64,000 nucleotides of DNA from Nannocystis pusilla. GTDB lineage: Bacteria; Myxococcota_A; Polyangia; Nannocystales; Nannocystaceae. The notes under the pieces were generated by a model. The model worked only from the letters and a program-made list of their open reading frames with translations. It did not search any database and was not told where the DNA came from. A program made the position numbers and the translations under genes. Shown here in pieces: positions 22,090-35,214 of the stretch. Each line of letters begins with the position of its first letter. Position 1 is the stretch's first letter. The stretch lies in the NCBI RefSeq assembly GCF_049060185.1, contig NZ_JBMEQO010000002.1; one strand, written 5' to 3'.

Positions 22090-23397
22090 TCACGCGACCA
22101 GCCGACCGACCGCGAGCGGCCCCTCGGCGCGCTCGACCTCGATCTGCGTCGCCCGGCCGAGCAGCGCGTCGTCGCCGGCCGCCAGCACAGTCAAGCCGTT
22201 GCCGGCCCGACCGACCAGCAGCCCCGTCCGCCGATGTCGCGTCCGGTGCACGACCACCGGCAGGGTGCGCCCGATCTGCGCCGCCGCGAACGCCCGCTGC
22301 TTCGCCGCCGACAGCGCCCGCAACGCTGCCCCGCGCTGTTGCTTGACCGCCGCGTCGACCTGTCCCGAGAGACAGGCGGCATCGGTGCCCGCGCGCGGCG
22401 AGTAGGCGAACACGTGCAGGTACGCCAGCGGCAGCGCGGCCAGCAGCGCGTGCGTGGCCGCGAACGCCTCGTCTGACTCGCCGGGGAAGCCGACGATCAC
22501 GTCGGTGCCGACACCGATCCCCGGCACCGCCTCGGCCAGGCGAGGCACCAGCGCCTGCAGGTCAGCGGCAGTGTGCGCCCGCCGCATGCGCCGCAGCGTG
22601 TCGTCGTCGCCGCTCTGGACCGGCAAGTGGAGGTACGGACACAGCCGCGGATCCGTCGCCAGCAGCGTCACCAGGTGATCGTCGACCTCGTGCGGATCGA
22701 CCGAGCCGAGGCGCAGCCGGGCCGGCCCGAGCTGCGGCAGCAGCTCCGCGACCAGCGACGACAGCGTGCTGCGCGGCCGCAAGTCGCGACCGTAGATGCC
22801 GAGGTGCACCCCGGTGAGCACGACCTCCGGCACCCCGGCAGCGACCAACTCGTCCAGCTGCGCCCGCACCTCCGCGGGCGGCACGCTCACGCTGCGCCCG
22901 CGCACATGCGGCACGATGCAGAAGCTGCAGCGGTAATCGCAGCCGTCCTGGATCTTCAGGTACGCCCGGCTGCGCCGCGGGTCGGCGGCCGGACGCAGCC
23001 GGGCCGCGCGGACGCGCCGCAGCAGGTCGACCGGGGCCACGTGGATCTCCGGGACATGTCCCTCCGAACATGTCTCTCCGAGCACCTCGAACAGCCGCTC
23101 CTTCTCGCGGTTGCCGACCACCAGCGTCACCCCGGGCAGCGCCGCCGCCTCCGCGGGGGCGGCCGTCGCCCAGCAGCCGGTGACGACCACCTTCGCCCCG
23201 GCGCGCGCGGCCCGGCGCACGTGCTGGCGCGCGTCGGCGTCGGCCTCGTGGGTGATCGTGCAGGTGTTGACGATCACGACCTCGGGCGCGGCCTCGGCGT
23301 CGACCACGGTGTGGCCGGCCGCGCGGGCCATCTGCTCGAGGGCGTCGGACTCGAACTGGTTGAGGCGACAGCCGAGCGTGCTGAACGCGACGCGCAT
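22090..23397 (-). CDS. mtaB: MiaB-like tRNA methylthiotransferase (MtaB/RimO family radical SAM)
   Basis: It reads [18 protein letters not shown]...VIVNTCTITHEAD (MTTase N-domain). It has the radical-SAM motif CDYRCSFCIVP. The ORF is intact. Its start overlaps the kinase stop (TGATG). Confidence 0.85.
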   Translation of the reverse strand: MRVAFSTLGCRLNQFESDALEQMARAAGHTVVDAEAAPEVVIVNTCTITHEADADARQHVRRAARAGAKVVVTGCWATAAPAEAAALPGVTLVVGNREKERLFEVLGETCSEGHVPEIHVAPVDLLRRVRAARLRPAADPRRSRAYLKIQDGCDYRCSFCIVPHVRGRSVSVPPAEVRAQLDELVAAGVPEVVLTGVHLGIYGRDLRPRSTLSSLVAELLPQLGPARLRLGSVDPHEVDDHLVTLLATDPRLCPYLHLPVQSGDDDTLRRMRRAHTAADLQALVPRLAEAVPGIGVGTDVIVGFPGESDEAFAATHALLAALPLAYLHVFAYSPRAGTDAACLSGQVDAAVKQQRGAALRALSAAKQRAFAAAQIGRTLPVVVHRTRHRRTGLLVGRAGNGLTVLAAGDDALLGRATQIEVERAEGPLAVGRLVA

Positions 23398-25457
23398 CAG
23401 AGCGGCACGACGATCGTGAACTCTTGCGGCGTCTTGCGGGTGTTGACGAACCGGACCTTGGTCTTGAAGGCCCGCGCCAGGCACTTCGCCTCCGCGCTCG
23501 TGTCGTCGGACGTCGCCTCGGTCACGCGCCCCTTGGGGCCGTCGACCTTGAGCCGCAGCTTGTAAGTCTTGCCCTTCGGCGTGCTGATCGTCCGGCAGGT
23601 CTCGAACTCGGCGCGGTAGCTCTTCAGCGCCTGCGAGCGCTCCATCGGCCCCAGCACCTCGGGCCAGTTGGCCGACACTTCCTCGCCCTTCGGCGCGGCC
23701 GGCTCGCTCTTCTTGACCGTGGTCGTCTTCTTGGGCTCGGTGACCTTCTTGGCCGGGTCCTTCTTCGCGTCGTCGTCGACCACGATCGGCTCGTCGTCGG
23801 CCTTCTTCGGCTCCGGCGTCGGCTCGACCTTGGTCTCCGGCGGCGCGTCGGTCTTCGTCTCCGGCGGCGTCTCGACCGGCTTCGCCGCGTCGGGCGTGCC
23901 CGCCGTGACGGCCGCGACCTCGCTCGGCTTGTCGACCGGCTGCGGCTTCGGATCGTCGCTGCGGCTGAGCGCGCACACCAGGCCGACCACCAGCACCAGC
24001 ACCGCCGCGCCGAGGCCGATGACCAGGCGCGACAACATCTGCGCGTCCATCGTCCCGCCGCGCCACGGCAGCGACAGCGACGTCGGCCGCAGCCCCGACG
24101 CGCTGCTGAGTCCTTGCGTCAGCAACGAATCGTCCGGCGTCACCGGGTTGGGCACGACCACGCCCGCCGGCATGCTGACCCCGACGGCCAGGCGCGCCGC
24201 GTGGGCGGCCGCCTCGAGGTTGGTCGTGGTGGTCCGCCCGGCGTCCCCGGCGGCCCCGCGCGGCGTCGCGACGATGGCTTCGATCAGCTCGCCCATCGTC
24301 TGGTAACGCTGCGTCTTGTCCTTCTCCATCGCCTTCAGGATGACCGCCTCGACCTCGACGGGGATGTCGGCCTCGGGCGCCAGCTGCCGCGGGGGCACCG
24401 GCTTGGCGTTCACCTGCTGCGACAGCACCCCGTACATCGTCTTGTCGGTGAACGGGAGGTTGCCGGTGAGCAGCTGATAGAGGATGCAGCCGACCGCATA
24501 GATGTCCATGCGCTGGTCGGCCGGGTCGCCGTGGATCTGCTCCGGCGCCATGTACTCGGGCGTGCCGATCAGCGCGCCGACCTGCGTCAACGGGTTCGTG
24601 CCGCCGTCGCGGTTCTCCTCGAGGAACTTGGCGATCCCGAAGTCGAGCACCTTGACGAAGTCGCGGATGCCGTTGCGCTGGATCAGGAAGACGTTCTCCG
24701 GCTTCATGTCCCGGTGGATGATCCCGTGCGCGTGGGCGGCCTGCAGCGCGCGGCAGATCTGCAGCAGCACCCGGCGGGCCCGCGCCCACGACATCGGCCC
24801 CTTCTTGAGGATCTTGCCGAGGTCCTCGCCCTGCAGGTGCTCCATGGCGAAGAACACCTGGCCGTTGGGCATCGCGCCGAAGTCGGTGATGTCGATGACG
24901 TTCTCGTGGCCGATCGTCGACGCCGCCCGGGCCTCGCGGAGGAACCGCTTCACCTGGTCGGGGCGGTTGGTGTAGGCCGGGTTCAGGACCTTCACGGCCA
25001 CCCGCTTGCCGAGCGCCACGTGCTCGGCGAGGTAGACCTTGCCCATCCCGCCCTTGCCGATGAGGTCGAGGATCCGGTAGCGGTCGGCCAGCACCTGGCC
25101 GAACAGCGCGTCGCGCTTGGCCGCCGTCGCCTTGGCCTTCAAGCTCTTGGCCGCGGTGCGCTCGACGGTGTCCTCGTCTTCGGCCTGGGGCTCGCCGTCC
25201 ACGCTGGTCGGCTGCCCGTCGAGCTCGACCTCGCCGGACGCCCGTCCGAGCTCGATCGAGAAGTGGGCCGCCGAGACCTGGCCCTCGAGCGCTGCCTCAT
25301 ACTCCTCTGCGAGGTCGTCGTCGCCGCCCACCTCGTGCGAGACCACGGGCGTCGGCGGGAGCGAGTCCGGAGGATCCACGATGACCGCGGTCAACCGCGG
25401 CCCCGATCGATCCTCGCCAGCCTGGCCGGAGTCGCGGCTCCCTTCGTTCGTCGCCAT
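23397..25457 (-). CDS. Ser/Thr protein kinase (intact, 686 aa) with TM helix and Lys/Pro/Glu-rich linker
   Basis: It reads [30 protein letters not shown] and [10 protein letters not shown]. It has a TM helix [17 protein letters not shown]. Confidence 0.85.
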   Translation of the reverse strand: MATNEGSRDSGQAGEDRSGPRLTAVIVDPPDSLPPTPVVSHEVGGDDDLAEEYEAALEGQVSAAHFSIELGRASGEVELDGQPTSVDGEPQAEDEDTVERTAAKSLKAKATAAKRDALFGQVLADRYRILDLIGKGGMGKVYLAEHVALGKRVAVKVLNPAYTNRPDQVKRFLREARAASTIGHENVIDITDFGAMPNGQVFFAMEHLQGEDLGKILKKGPMSWARARRVLLQICRALQAAHAHGIIHRDMKPENVFLIQRNGIRDFVKVLDFGIAKFLEENRDGGTNPLTQVGALIGTPEYMAPEQIHGDPADQRMDIYAVGCILYQLLTGNLPFTDKTMYGVLSQQVNAKPVPPRQLAPEADIPVEVEAVILKAMEKDKTQRYQTMGELIEAIVATPRGAAGDAGRTTTTNLEAAAHAARLAVGVSMPAGVVVPNPVTPDDSLLTQGLSSASGLRPTSLSLPWRGGTMDAQMLSRLVIGLGAAVLVLVVGLVCALSRSDDPKPQPVDKPSEVAAVTAGTPDAAKPVETPPETKTDAPPETKVEPTPEPKKADDEPIVVDDDAKKDPAKKVTEPKKTTTVKKSEPAAPKGEEVSANWPEVLGPMERSQALKSYRAEFETCRTISTPKGKTYKLRLKVDGPKGRVTEATSDDTSAEAKCLARAFKTKVRFVNTRKTPQEFTIVVPL

Positions 25458-26065
25458 CGCGCTCGTCGGACGCTAGCACGGCCGCCGCGGGCGGAAAAGC
25501 TGGCGCTGACCCCGGGCCGCGCTTCGTCGGCCGTCAGCGCCCGCCATTGCCCGGGCGCGAGGCCCTCGAGGGTCCAGGGTCCGATCGCCCAGCGGACCAG
25601 ACGCAGCGTCGGCAACCCGACCGCGGCGGTCATGCGCCGCACCTGGCGGTTTCGGCCCTCGCGCAGGACGAGCTCCAACCAGCAGGTCGGGATCGACAGG
25701 CGCGTGCGAATCGGCGGCGTTCGCTCCCACAGCGGCGGTGGGTCGATGAGCCTCACCTCGGCGGGGGCGGTCGGGCCGTCACGGAGGACCAAACCGGCCC
25801 GCAGGCGCTCCAGCGCCGCTTCCTGAGCCGTCCCCTCGACTTGCACCCAATACGTCTTCGCCAGCTTGTGGCGCGGATCGCTGAGCTGGTGCTGCAGGGC
25901 CCCATCGTCGGTCAGCACCACCAGGCCCTCGCTGTCGAAGTCGAGGCGCCCGGCGGCGTACACGCCGGGCACGTCGATGAAGTTCGCCAGCGTCGGCCGG
26001 CCCTCCCGGTCGGTGAACTGCGTCAGCACCCCGTAGGGCTTGTTGAACAGGAGCACCTGCGCCAC
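25391..26065 (-). CDS. rluE: RluE/RsuA-family rRNA pseudouridine synthase
   Basis: It reads [15 protein letters not shown]...[17 protein letters not shown]...[13 protein letters not shown]. The start is GTG at 26065 or TTG at 26077. The 3' end may be frameshifted. Confidence 0.7.
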   Translation of the reverse strand: MAQVLLFNKPYGVLTQFTDREGRPTLANFIDVPGVYAAGRLDFDSEGLVVLTDDGALQHQLSDPRHKLAKTYWVQVEGTAQEAALERLRAGLVLRDGPTAPAEVRLIDPPPLWERTPPIRTRLSIPTCWLELVLREGRNRQVRRMTAAVGLPTLRLVRWAIGPWTLEGLAPGQWRALTADEARPGVSASFSARGGRASVRRARWRRTKGAATPARLARIDRGRG

Positions 26066-26274
26066 GCCGGCCAAGTGTGGGCCGCCTCGTCGCTCGCGGG
26101 GCGCGTGACCGACGATTGCATCCTCACGAACGGCGCAGAAGCGACGGCGACGCCCACTGGGGGCGCGATCCCCGGACTTCGGCGCGAGCCCGTGCCTGTG
26201 GCCTGGACGCCCTCGGTTCGAGGAAGTACCACAGTGCGACGGCGCCTGCGCGCCGCGGCCCAAAGCGAGGAATC

Positions 26275-28083
26275 GTGAGCACCACCAGCTTCTCCGTCGA
26301 CCTCCGCGATCTCCACTTCGTCCTCTTCGACCAACTCGCCGCGCACGAGCAGCTCGCCGCGATCCCGCGCTTCGCCGAGCTCGACCGCGAGGTCTACGAG
26401 GCCACGCTCGCGGAGGGCGAGCGCCTGGCGCGGGAGGTCCTGGCCCCGATCAATGCCCCCGGCGATCTCGCGGGCTGCAGCTTCGACGGCCAGGGCAACG
26501 TCACGACCCCGAAGGGCTATCGCGAGGCCTGGGAGGTCCTGCGCGAGGGCGGCTGGCTCGCGCCCTCGGCGCCCAGCGAGCTCGGCGGCAGCGGCCTGCC
26601 CTTCACGATCCACGTCAGCCTGAGCGAGATGCTGTGCGGCGCCTGCATGGCGTTCATGATGTACGCCGGCCTGACCGTCGGCGCCGCGCGCGTGATCCTG
26701 GGCCACGGCCCGGAGGGCACGCGGGAGATGATCGCCCGCAAGATGTTCACCGGCGAGTGGGGCGGGACGATGTGCCTCACCGAGGCCGGCGCCGGCAGTT
26801 CGGTCGGCGACAACCGCTGCCGCGCCACCCCCACGGATGAGCCCGGCGTCTATCTGCTCGAGGGCGAGAAGATCTTCATCAGCGGCGGCGACCAGGACCT
26901 GACCGACAACATCGTCCACCTGGTGCTCGCCCGCACCCCGAACGCCGGCAAGGGCACCAAGGGCCTGTCGCTGTTCATGGTCCCGAAGTACGAGTTCGAC
27001 GCCGGCGGCGCGCTCGGGGCCCGCAACGGCGCCAAGGTGCTGCGCATCGAGGAGAAGATGGGCATCCACGGCTCCTCGACCTGCGTCCTCGGCCTCGGCG
27101 GCGACCTCCCGTGTCGCGGCGTTTTGATCGGCCAGGAGAACCAGGGCATCGAGCTGATGTTCCTGATGATGAACGAGGCGCGGATCGGCGTCGCCGTGCA
27201 GGGCCACGCGATGGCGGCCGCGGCCTACAACTACGCCCGCGGCTACGCGCAGGAGCGGATCCAGGGCCAGTCGATCCGCGAGGCCCGCAGCCAGGACGCG
27301 CCCAGCGTGGCGATCGTCCAGCACCCCGACGTCCGCCGCATGCTGATGACGCAGAAGGTCTACGCCGAGGCGATGCGGTCGCTGCTGCTGCGCATGGCGC
27401 TGGTCGTCGACCGCGAGCACGCTACCGAGGACCCGGCCGAGCGCGAGCGCCTGCGCGGCCGCGTCGACCTGCTCACGCCGATCCTCAAGGCCACCTGCAC
27501 CGACCTCGGCTTCGAGGTCGCCGTCGGTGCGGTCCAGGTCTACGGCGGCTACGGCTACATCGGCGAGTACCCCGTCGAGCAGCTCGTCCGCGACGTCAAG
27601 ATCTGCTCGATCTACGAGGGCACCAACGGCATCCAGGCCATGGACCTGGTCGGCCGCAAGCTGCGAGTCGGCGGCGGCGCGCTGTTCATCGAGTGGATGC
27701 AGGAGGCCCAGAGCCGGCTCGCCGCGGCCGCGGAGGCCGGGCTCGCCGCCCCCGCCGAGGCGATCGGCAAGGCAGTGCAGCTGCTCGCCGCCAGCGCGAT
27801 GCACCTCGCGGGCCTCGGCAAGGCGCGCAAGGTCGAGGCGGCGATGATCCAGGCCGTCCCCTTCACGCGCATGTTCGGCCTGGTCCTGCTCGCCATCGAG
27901 TGCGTCGAGCAGGCGCTGGTCGCCGCCCGCCTCCGCCAGACCCGCGGGGACGAGCCGCTGCTGATCGGCAAGCAGCGCAACCTCGAGTTCTTCGTCGCCG
28001 CGATCCTCCCGCAGGCGATCGCCCTCGGCAAGAGCATCCAGTCGAACGACGAGAGCGCCCTCGACCCCGCGCTGTTCGTCTGA
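26275..28083 (+). CDS. Long (~600 aa) acyl-CoA dehydrogenase
   Basis: The GTG start follows a GAGG RBS. It reads [15 protein letters not shown] and [12 protein letters not shown]. The ORF is intact. Confidence 0.8.
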   Translation: MSTTSFSVDLRDLHFVLFDQLAAHEQLAAIPRFAELDREVYEATLAEGERLAREVLAPINAPGDLAGCSFDGQGNVTTPKGYREAWEVLREGGWLAPSAPSELGGSGLPFTIHVSLSEMLCGACMAFMMYAGLTVGAARVILGHGPEGTREMIARKMFTGEWGGTMCLTEAGAGSSVGDNRCRATPTDEPGVYLLEGEKIFISGGDQDLTDNIVHLVLARTPNAGKGTKGLSLFMVPKYEFDAGGALGARNGAKVLRIEEKMGIHGSSTCVLGLGGDLPCRGVLIGQENQGIELMFLMMNEARIGVAVQGHAMAAAAYNYARGYAQERIQGQSIREARSQDAPSVAIVQHPDVRRMLMTQKVYAEAMRSLLLRMALVVDREHATEDPAERERLRGRVDLLTPILKATCTDLGFEVAVGAVQVYGGYGYIGEYPVEQLVRDVKICSIYEGTNGIQAMDLVGRKLRVGGGALFIEWMQEAQSRLAAAAEAGLAAPAEAIGKAVQLLAASAMHLAGLGKARKVEAAMIQAVPFTRMFGLVLLAIECVEQALVAARLRQTRGDEPLLIGKQRNLEFFVAAILPQAIALGKSIQSNDESALDPALFV

Positions 28084-28337
28084 ACTTTCGACATGTCCGC
28101 CAGGACATGTCCGATCATGCAGGGTCGTTCGGACATGTCCGAACGGCCCTCTCGGTTGCCGGGCGCTCGCCGCAGCCTTCACTTGAGAGCCGGGCTCGGC
28201 GCGAAAGCGACACGAGCAACCCGGCGGCCACGCCCCTCGATCGCTCGCGGCCTCCTGGGCGCGCGCCAGGTCGGGCCCCGAAGCAGCATGACCGCCAGGA
28301 CATGTCCTGGCGGTCACGCCTCGCGCGCGGGCGCGGC
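28084..28337. repeat. Cluster of four GGACATGTCC palindromic elements between convergent genes
   Basis: CGACATGTCC lies at 28090 and CCAGGACATGTCCGAT at 28101. A 20-bp perfect palindrome CGTTCGGACATGTCCGAACG lies at 28123-28142. A 28-bp perfect palindrome TGACCGCCAGGACATGTCCTGGCGGTCA lies at 28289-28316. Confidence 0.85.
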
Positions 28338-29901
28338 TCAGGGCGCGGGCGCCCAGGTGCCGGTGGCGCTCGGACAGGCGGGAGTGTACACGGCGGTCTT
28401 CGTCCACCCGCCCTTGTCGTCGAGCGTGTAGGCGGCGATCGGGCTGCACACCTCGCCGCTGGCGTCGAAGTCGAGCGGGCCGGTGATGCCGACGAGGTCG
28501 ATGGTCTTGCTCGACTGGAAGGCGGTGAGCGCGGCGGGCACGAACATCTTGGGACCGACGCCGAAGTCGATCGGCGTGCCGGCCTTGTCGGACAGCTTCT
28601 TGAACGCGTCGGCGACGCGCAGGCCGACCACGATGTCGCCCGACTTCACGGCGGCCATGCCGAACAGCGACGCCATCGTCGCGTCGTAGGCCAGCGCGCC
28701 CTCGGGCGCGAGGTTCGCCTCGCCGAGGCGCGTGCAGCTTGGCCAGCTGCGGCGTCTCGAGGTCGGGCGTGACTGCGACGACGATGCCCGCGAGGTCGGG
28801 GTCTTCGAGCGCCGCGACCGCCGGCATCGCCCGCTTGGTCACGTAGATCTTCTGCGGCAGCGGGGCGCCGGTGGTCTTGTAGTACTTGATGATCTCGGCG
28901 ACCTCGGACCGCCCGAGCAAGATCAGCATCGGCGGCTCGGCGAAGGTCTTGAGCGCCGTGTCGAGCTTGGCCTTGGCGCCCTTGGTGGCGTCGTCGAGCC
29001 CGCGGTACGAGGCGATGAACTGGCTGCCGGGGACCTGCGGGATCTGGCTGGGAGTCGTCTCCTCGGTCGCCACCGCCTTGTACAGGCTGAGCCCGTACGG
29101 GTCCTCCGACAGCAGCAAGATCGCGTTGGCCGTCGGATCGCCGGCGAAGTCGGCCCCGATCCGCTCGCCCAGCGCCGGGCCCTGGAACTTCGCGCCGGCC
29201 ATCGCCTGGAACACCAGGCCGCTGCCGGTCGAGGTGTCGAGCTCGCTCATGTCGGCCGTGATCATCGGCCCCATCGTGAACGCGTTGACGCCCTGGGCGA
29301 ACGTCACTTGATCGACGACCTCGGTGAACTCGACGTCGTCGGCGGGGCCGATGAGCACCGGGATCGTCAGCGTGTCGCCGAGGTGGCGCGCGGCCGACGT
29401 CGCCGACGCGACCTCGCTCTTGGTGTCGCACACCACCAGCGCGATCTTGTCGCCGTTCGGCAGCTCGCCGCTGGCGTTGAACTCCTCGACGGCCGCCAGC
29501 ACGCCCTTCTCCATCTCGAGGCCGAGGTCGGCGTCCGCGCCGGTCTTCGGCAGCATCACGCCGATGAACGCCACGTCGTCGCTGATCTCGCCGCCGGGGT
29601 AGATGGGCGCGCCGCACTCGTCGGACTCGGTCGAGGCGCACTCCCGCGGTGCACTCGAGGTCGCGCAGATGTACGACTCGCCGAGGCCCGCGCACTGCGA
29701 GTTGGCGTCACAGCCCTTCTCGCGGATCTTGCAGACGTTGGCCGCGCAGTACATCGGCTTGTTGTCGTCGAAGAACGCCGCGCAGTCGGCGTCCTCGTAG
29801 CACTCGGTGAAGTCGAGGGTCGCCGAGCACGCGCCCGCGATCACCCCGAGAGCGCCGCACACAGAGAACCGGACAAGCAGATGCGAGAAGACTGACGACA
29901 T
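28338..29901 (-). CDS. Lipoprotein with Cys-rich N-terminal module and LivK-like periplasmic solute-binding domain; frameshift near 28740
   Basis: It has a signal peptide and lipobox (VIAGAC). The binding domain reads VAFIGVMLPKTGADADLG...ALVVCDTKS. The C-terminal frame is ORF 28338..28676. Confidence 0.65.
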
Positions 29902-29927
29902 GGTCGCAAAGCTCCAGCGTTCGCGGC

Positions 29928-30791
29928 TCAGAAGCGATAGACGTAACCGAGGCCGAGCTGGCTCGGCGAGACCTTGGGCTGCATCGCCTGCACGGCCTTG
30001 GACTTGCGGGCCTTCGGCACGAACATGAGCACCAGGCCGACCACGGCGAGCACGCCGCCGGCGACGAACAGCCCGTCGGCGGTCGCCGCCAGCGACTTGC
30101 CCGACCGACCGGCCTCGCGCTGGTCGTCGAGCGTCTCCGCGGCCTCGAACTTGTTCTCCTGGCCCTTGGCCAGCCCGCCCGTGATCCCGCCGCCGATCAG
30201 CAGCGCCGCGCCGACGCCGAGCATCGTGTAGCCGATCGGCTTCATGATCTTGGCCTTGTGCTGCGACTTGTCGTCGGAGGGCGGCGGCTGCGGCCCCGGC
30301 TGCGGCCCGACCTGCTGCCCCGCCTCGGGCTGCTTGTTCGGCTCGGGCTGCTTCGGCTTCGACTTGGCCTCTTCCTTCTCGCGGATCTCGACGATCTTCT
30401 CGAGCGTGGCGAGCCGCTGCAGCGCCGTGTCGCGCAGGCCGATGTCGACCGACTCGTCGGCGATGAACTTCTGGTAGTAGGCGATCGCCGCGTCGACGTT
30501 GTTGGCCTGCTCTTGGATGCGGCCGATGTTGAACAAGATCGCCGGGTCGGGCTGCAGCGCGTAGGCCCGCTCGAACAGCGCCACCGCGCCCGCGTAGTCC
30601 TTCTCGCGGTACTTGGCGCGCGCCTGCTCGGCCAGGCTCTCGAAGGTCTCGCCGTTCGCGTCGGTGGGCGGCGGCTGGGCCAGCGCCGCGCGCACGGCGA
30701 TCGGGACGTACACCGCGGCCGCCGCCGAGCGGGCGGGCATGCTCGAGGCGATAAACGCAGCGGCCACGAGAGTGACGATCGGCTTCTTCAT
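29928..30791 (-). CDS. Secreted TPR-repeat protein with C-terminal membrane anchor
   Basis: It has a signal peptide MKKPIVTLVAAAFIASS. It has a TPR region, a Pro/Gln linker and a TM helix. The ORF is intact. Confidence 0.6.
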   Translation of the reverse strand: MKKPIVTLVAAAFIASSMPARSAAAAVYVPIAVRAALAQPPPTDANGETFESLAEQARAKYREKDYAGAVALFERAYALQPDPAILFNIGRIQEQANNVDAAIAYYQKFIADESVDIGLRDTALQRLATLEKIVEIREKEEAKSKPKQPEPNKQPEAGQQVGPQPGPQPPPSDDKSQHKAKIMKPIGYTMLGVGAALLIGGGITGGLAKGQENKFEAAETLDDQREAGRSGKSLAATADGLFVAGGVLAVVGLVLMFVPKARKSKAVQAMQPKVSPSQLGLGYVYRF

Positions 30792-30849
30792 GGGGGGCCT
30801 TCAGGGCGGGGTCGTCACGCGCGACCCGCACGAACCGAGAGCTAGAGAC

Positions 30850-32918
30850 TAACGCTTTTGCTCGGACCGACCGGCAACAAATCGTCTTCCGGCGCGGGTT
30901 GGGCTTCGGCTTGACCTGCCCGTCAGGCGGTTTTTGGACCCGCCGCCGGTCGGCCGCTTGGTGCCCCCGCCCGTCGGCGTCTTCGGCTGCTCGACCGGCG
31001 GCTGCGGGTTCGCCGGCCCCCGTCCGGGTCAGCAGATAGTCGTAGGGCTGATCCTTGGCCGCGCTGACGCTCAGCGCGGTCTGCATCGGCCCGTAACCCG
31101 GCGCGGTCAGCGAGATGTTGTATTTGCCGGCGTGCAGCGGCACGTCGATCGGGGTCGAGCCGAGCGGTCCGCCGTCCAGCGTGACCTCCGCGGTCACCGG
31201 GGCCGAGCGGATCGTGATGATCGCAAACCCCATGTCCGGGTTGAGGTTGGGGTAAAGCCCCTTGATGCGCTGCTTGGCCTCCTCGTTGCCGGCGTCGAGC
31301 GCCAGCACGTCGCGGTAGCCCTTGACCGCGCTGATGCGGTCGCCGTCGCGCTCGTGCTTGCGCGCGCTGGCCAGCGCCTTCATGACCTCGAGGCGGGACC
31401 GTAGCTCGTCGGCGCGGTCGGACAGCTCCGGGTCGCGGGCGAACTCCTCTTCCGCGCTCTCGAGCTTGCGCTCCGCCTGCGGCAGCTTGCCCTCGTCGAT
31501 GAGCTGCGCGATCTTGTCGAGGTTGCCCTCGAGCTGCTCGCGCCCGCCCTCCTCACGGGTCGCCACCTCGGGCCGCTCGGTCTCCGCCTCGGCCGGGCCG
31601 CTGCCGCTCAGCGCGTAGAACAGCAGCGCGATCACCGTGAGCGCCGCGACCCCGCCGTACACCAGGTTCAGCGTGCGCTGCCGGGCCGCGGCCTCCTGGG
31701 CCTGCGGGCCGACGACGAGCAGGGTGCGCCCGTCCTGGCTCTGCACCAGGCTCCCACCCTCCAGCGGGATGCCCTGCGCCTTGAGCTGGTCGAGCGTCGC
31801 CTGCGGGAACTGAGCCGTGATGGGCATCACCGACGGCGACATCGTCTGCGACCCGCCCGGCGCGCCCGGCATCCCCTGCGCAAGTGGCGCAGCGGCAACG
31901 GCCGGTGCCGAACGCGGCCGGCCGAACGTGCCGACCACGATGTTCTCCGGCGACGGGATCGGCTTGCTGTGCTCGGTGGTGCTCTGCGGCTCCTCCGGCT
32001 CGAGCGGCTCGGTCCGCGGCTGCGCCCGCGGCAGCCGGAACATCGAGAACGGCACCTGATCGATGAGCCCTTCGACGACCTCGTTGGCGTCGCGTGGGCG
32101 CCGCTCCCGGCTCTTCTCGAGGCACCGGCTGATGAGCTCCAGCACCCCTCCGGGGCCCCGCTGTCGGCCGGCAGCAGGTCCTGGATCGGCTGCGGCTTCT
32201 CGTGGACGTGCTTGTACAGGACCGACGCGTCGTTGTCGGCCTGGAACGGCATCACCCCGGTCAGCATGAAGTAGAACAGGATGCCGACCGCGTAAACATC
32301 GACGCGCTGGTCGATCTTCTCGCCCAGGATCTGCTCGGGAGACAGGCAGGTGGGCGTGCCGAGGACGTTCTGCTTGGTGATGTCGGACGAGCCGGAGACC
32401 AGCTTGGCGAGCCCGAAATCGAGGATCTTGACGTAGTTGGCCCGCCCCTGCCGCTCGCACAGCATGATGTTGGCGGGCTTGATGTCGCGGTGGATGATCC
32501 CGCGCGAATGGGCCTCGCCGAGGCCTTTGAGCACCTGCGCCGCGATCGGCACGAAGTCGGCCAGCGTGAGGTGGTTGCGGCGGCGGACGAAGCGGTCGAG
32601 CGTCTCGCCCTGGACGTACTCCATGACGATGAACGCGCGGCCGTCGACCTTGCCGAAGTCGTGGATGGTCACGATGTTGGGGTGCTGCAGGCTGGACAGC
32701 CCGCGGGCCTCGCGTTCGAAGCGGGCCAGGGCCTCCGAGTCGCCGACCCAGTCGGGCGCCAGCACCTTGAGCACCACCGGGCGATTCAAGTCGATCTGCG
32801 TCGCCTGGTACACGACGCCCATCCCACCGCGGCCGAGCCGGCGCTCGATCAAGTAGCGCCGAGCGAAAGTCGTCCCCAGCAGGGGGTCTGCTTGTGCTTG
32901 GTCTTCCGGTTTGCTCAT
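30850..32918 (-). CDS. Ser/Thr protein kinase with TM, coiled coil and C-terminal PEGA domain; frameshift near 32150 and probably one near the 3' end
   Basis: It reads RGGMGVVY, VLK, HRDIKPANIML, DFGLAK and GTPTCLSPEQ (ORF 31827..32918). The PEGA domain IITIRSAPVTAEVTLDGGPLGSTPIDVPLHAGKYNISLTAPGY lies in the adjoining frame. The 3' end is unresolved. Confidence 0.65.
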
Positions 32919-33048
32919 GGCTTCTCGGGGGACCCTGTGACGTTAACACACCTTCCCCGGTGTTGCGCGTCTTCGGCAAAACCCGGCGGCAGTCGCCGCA
33001 ATGGCGCGCGCGTAGAGGCGCAGGACGACGCGGTCGACGGCTTGTGGC

Positions 33049-34516
<1,468 letters not shown>

Positions 34517-34527
34517 GGAGGTGCAGC

Positions 34528-35209
34528 ATGTACGGCTACGGCAACTGGACCCTGCCCGGCAGCTGGCACGCGGCGCTGGCCGAAGAGATGGCCAAGCCAT
34601 ACTTCAAGGACCTCGTCGACTTCGTCGGCTATGAGCGCGAAAACAATACGGTTTACCCGCCCGAAGAAGACGTGTTTCGCGCCTTCGAATGGACCCCGTT
34701 CGAGCAGGTCAAGGTCGTGATCCTCGGCCAGGACCCGTACCACGACGAGGGTCAGGCCCACGGGCTGTGCTTCTCGGTGCTGCCCGGGGTCAAGCCGCCC
34801 GCCTCGCTGGCCAACATCTTCAAGGAGCTCGCGGCCGACCTCGGGTCCGGCATCCCCGCACGGCAACCTGCAGTCGTGGGCCGAGCAGGGGTCCTCCTGC
34901 TCAACACGGTCCTCACCGTCCGCGCCCACACCCCGGCTCGCACAAGAACAAGGGCTGGGAGAAGTTCACCGACGCCGTCATCCGCGCCCTGAGCAGCCGC
35001 GGCGAGCCGGTGGTGTTCGCGCTGTGGGGTGACTTCGCCAGGAAGAAGGCCGCCCTCATCGACGAGCGCCGCCACCGCATCCTGGTCGCCCCCCACCCTC
35101 GCCGATCCTCGGCAAGGGCCCCAAGTTCCTCGGCAGCCGGCCGTTCTCGGCCATCAACGCCGCCCTCGAGGACCTCGGCTACCCGACGATCGACTGGCAA
35201 ATCTCCTGA
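34528..35209 (+). CDS. ung: Uracil-DNA glycosylase (family 1); three frameshifts
   Basis: It reads VKVVILGQDPYH and GQAHGLCFSV. It continues GVLLLNTVLTVRAHT and HPSPLSA..GF in shifted frames. Confidence 0.8.
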
Positions 35210-35214
35210 CAGCC

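Noticed and set aside
28084-28337. Palindromes as canonical Rho-independent terminators
   Set aside because: The stems are perfect and GC-rich, but no U-tract follows. In 72% GC genomes such hairpins are more consistent with REP-type elements or protein-binding sites, so I labelled them repeats, not terminators.
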